Shown here: in pieces, positions 42,260-42,511 of the stretch
How positions within the stretch are numbered: the stretch's first letter is position 1
Layout of the letters: each line of letters starts with the position of its first letter
Sequence record: DRR723986_5138
Strand: one strand, 5' to 3'
Length of the DNA stretch: 42,511 bases
Made by a program: the position numbers and the translations under genes
Notes under the pieces: generated by a model
Seen by the model: only the letters and a program-made list of their open reading frames with translations
The model's database searches: none
What the model was told of the DNA's origin: nothing

Positions 42260-42511
42260 GACATCCCGCAAATCCCTTTCGCTTGCGGCCTCGCTGTTGC
42301 TGAGCACGTTGTCTCCTGCTTGGGCAGAAGCCATTCCAGCCCTACAGGAAAGCGCCTTTTGGCAGGCCGAAGTCGATGCAGGCGATCTGCCTCCGATTCA
42401 GGACCGTCTTCCAGATCAACCCATTGTTGTGGATCTCGAAGCCCGCGGTCGTGAATTGGGAACCCCCGGCGGTACGCTCAACACCATGGTGACCAGATCC
42501 AAAGACATCCG
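42252..42511 (+). CDS. ABC substrate-binding protein, family 5 (3' truncated; not in the ORF track)
   Basis: My translation: MFETSRKSLSLAASLLLSTLSPAWAEAIPALQESAFWQAEVDAGDLPPIQDRLPDQPIVVDLEARGRELGTPGGTL. Signal peptide plus the GxLPP..RLP..P.VV...GG.L start typical of family 5 SBPs. Overlaps the ATPase stop. Confidence 0.85.
   Translation, partial: MFETSRKSLSLAASLLLSTLSPAWAEAIPALQESAFWQAEVDAGDLPPIQDRLPDQPIVVDLEARGRELGTPGGTLNTMVTRSKDI

Overview
Chromosomal window from a moderately GC-rich alphaproteobacterium. Gene content and order point to Rhodobacterales/Roseobacter group (inference). It has five blocks. (1) 1-13.4 kb: housekeeping and catabolic run: fabB, fabI, SlyD-type PPIase, HAD, alpha/beta hydrolases, Thr/Ser dehydratase, EEP phosphoesterase, pcaD, pcaB-like, TetA-like MFS, Zn-ADH, enolase-superfamily enzyme, SqrR/BigR-type ArsR. 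(2) 13.5-27 kb, the most interesting part: an apparent envelope-spanning cAMP signalling module. It contains a secreted LysM-helical-FecR-FN3-Ig protein, a 1619-aa secreted protein with 15 PKD domains whose 10 cysteines fit inter-domain disulfide staples, a Cache-HAMP class IIIb adenylate cyclase, an antisense DUF3307 membrane protein, and an ABC-exporter-fold protein whose ATPase motifs are all degenerate but whose C-terminal cNMP-binding domain is intact; an FAH-family gene follows. (3) Lrp regulator divergent from a fused indolepyruvate:ferredoxin oxidoreductase. (4) Methylated-amine operon: DMGDH-like, non-pyrrolysine MttB, TetR, FAD oxidoreductase. (5) M23 lipoprotein, GST, ackA, SAM methyltransferase and the start of a peptide-type ABC importer operon. 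No rRNA, tRNA, CRISPR array, integrase or transposase was recognised. All family calls come from motif recognition by eye; no database search was run.
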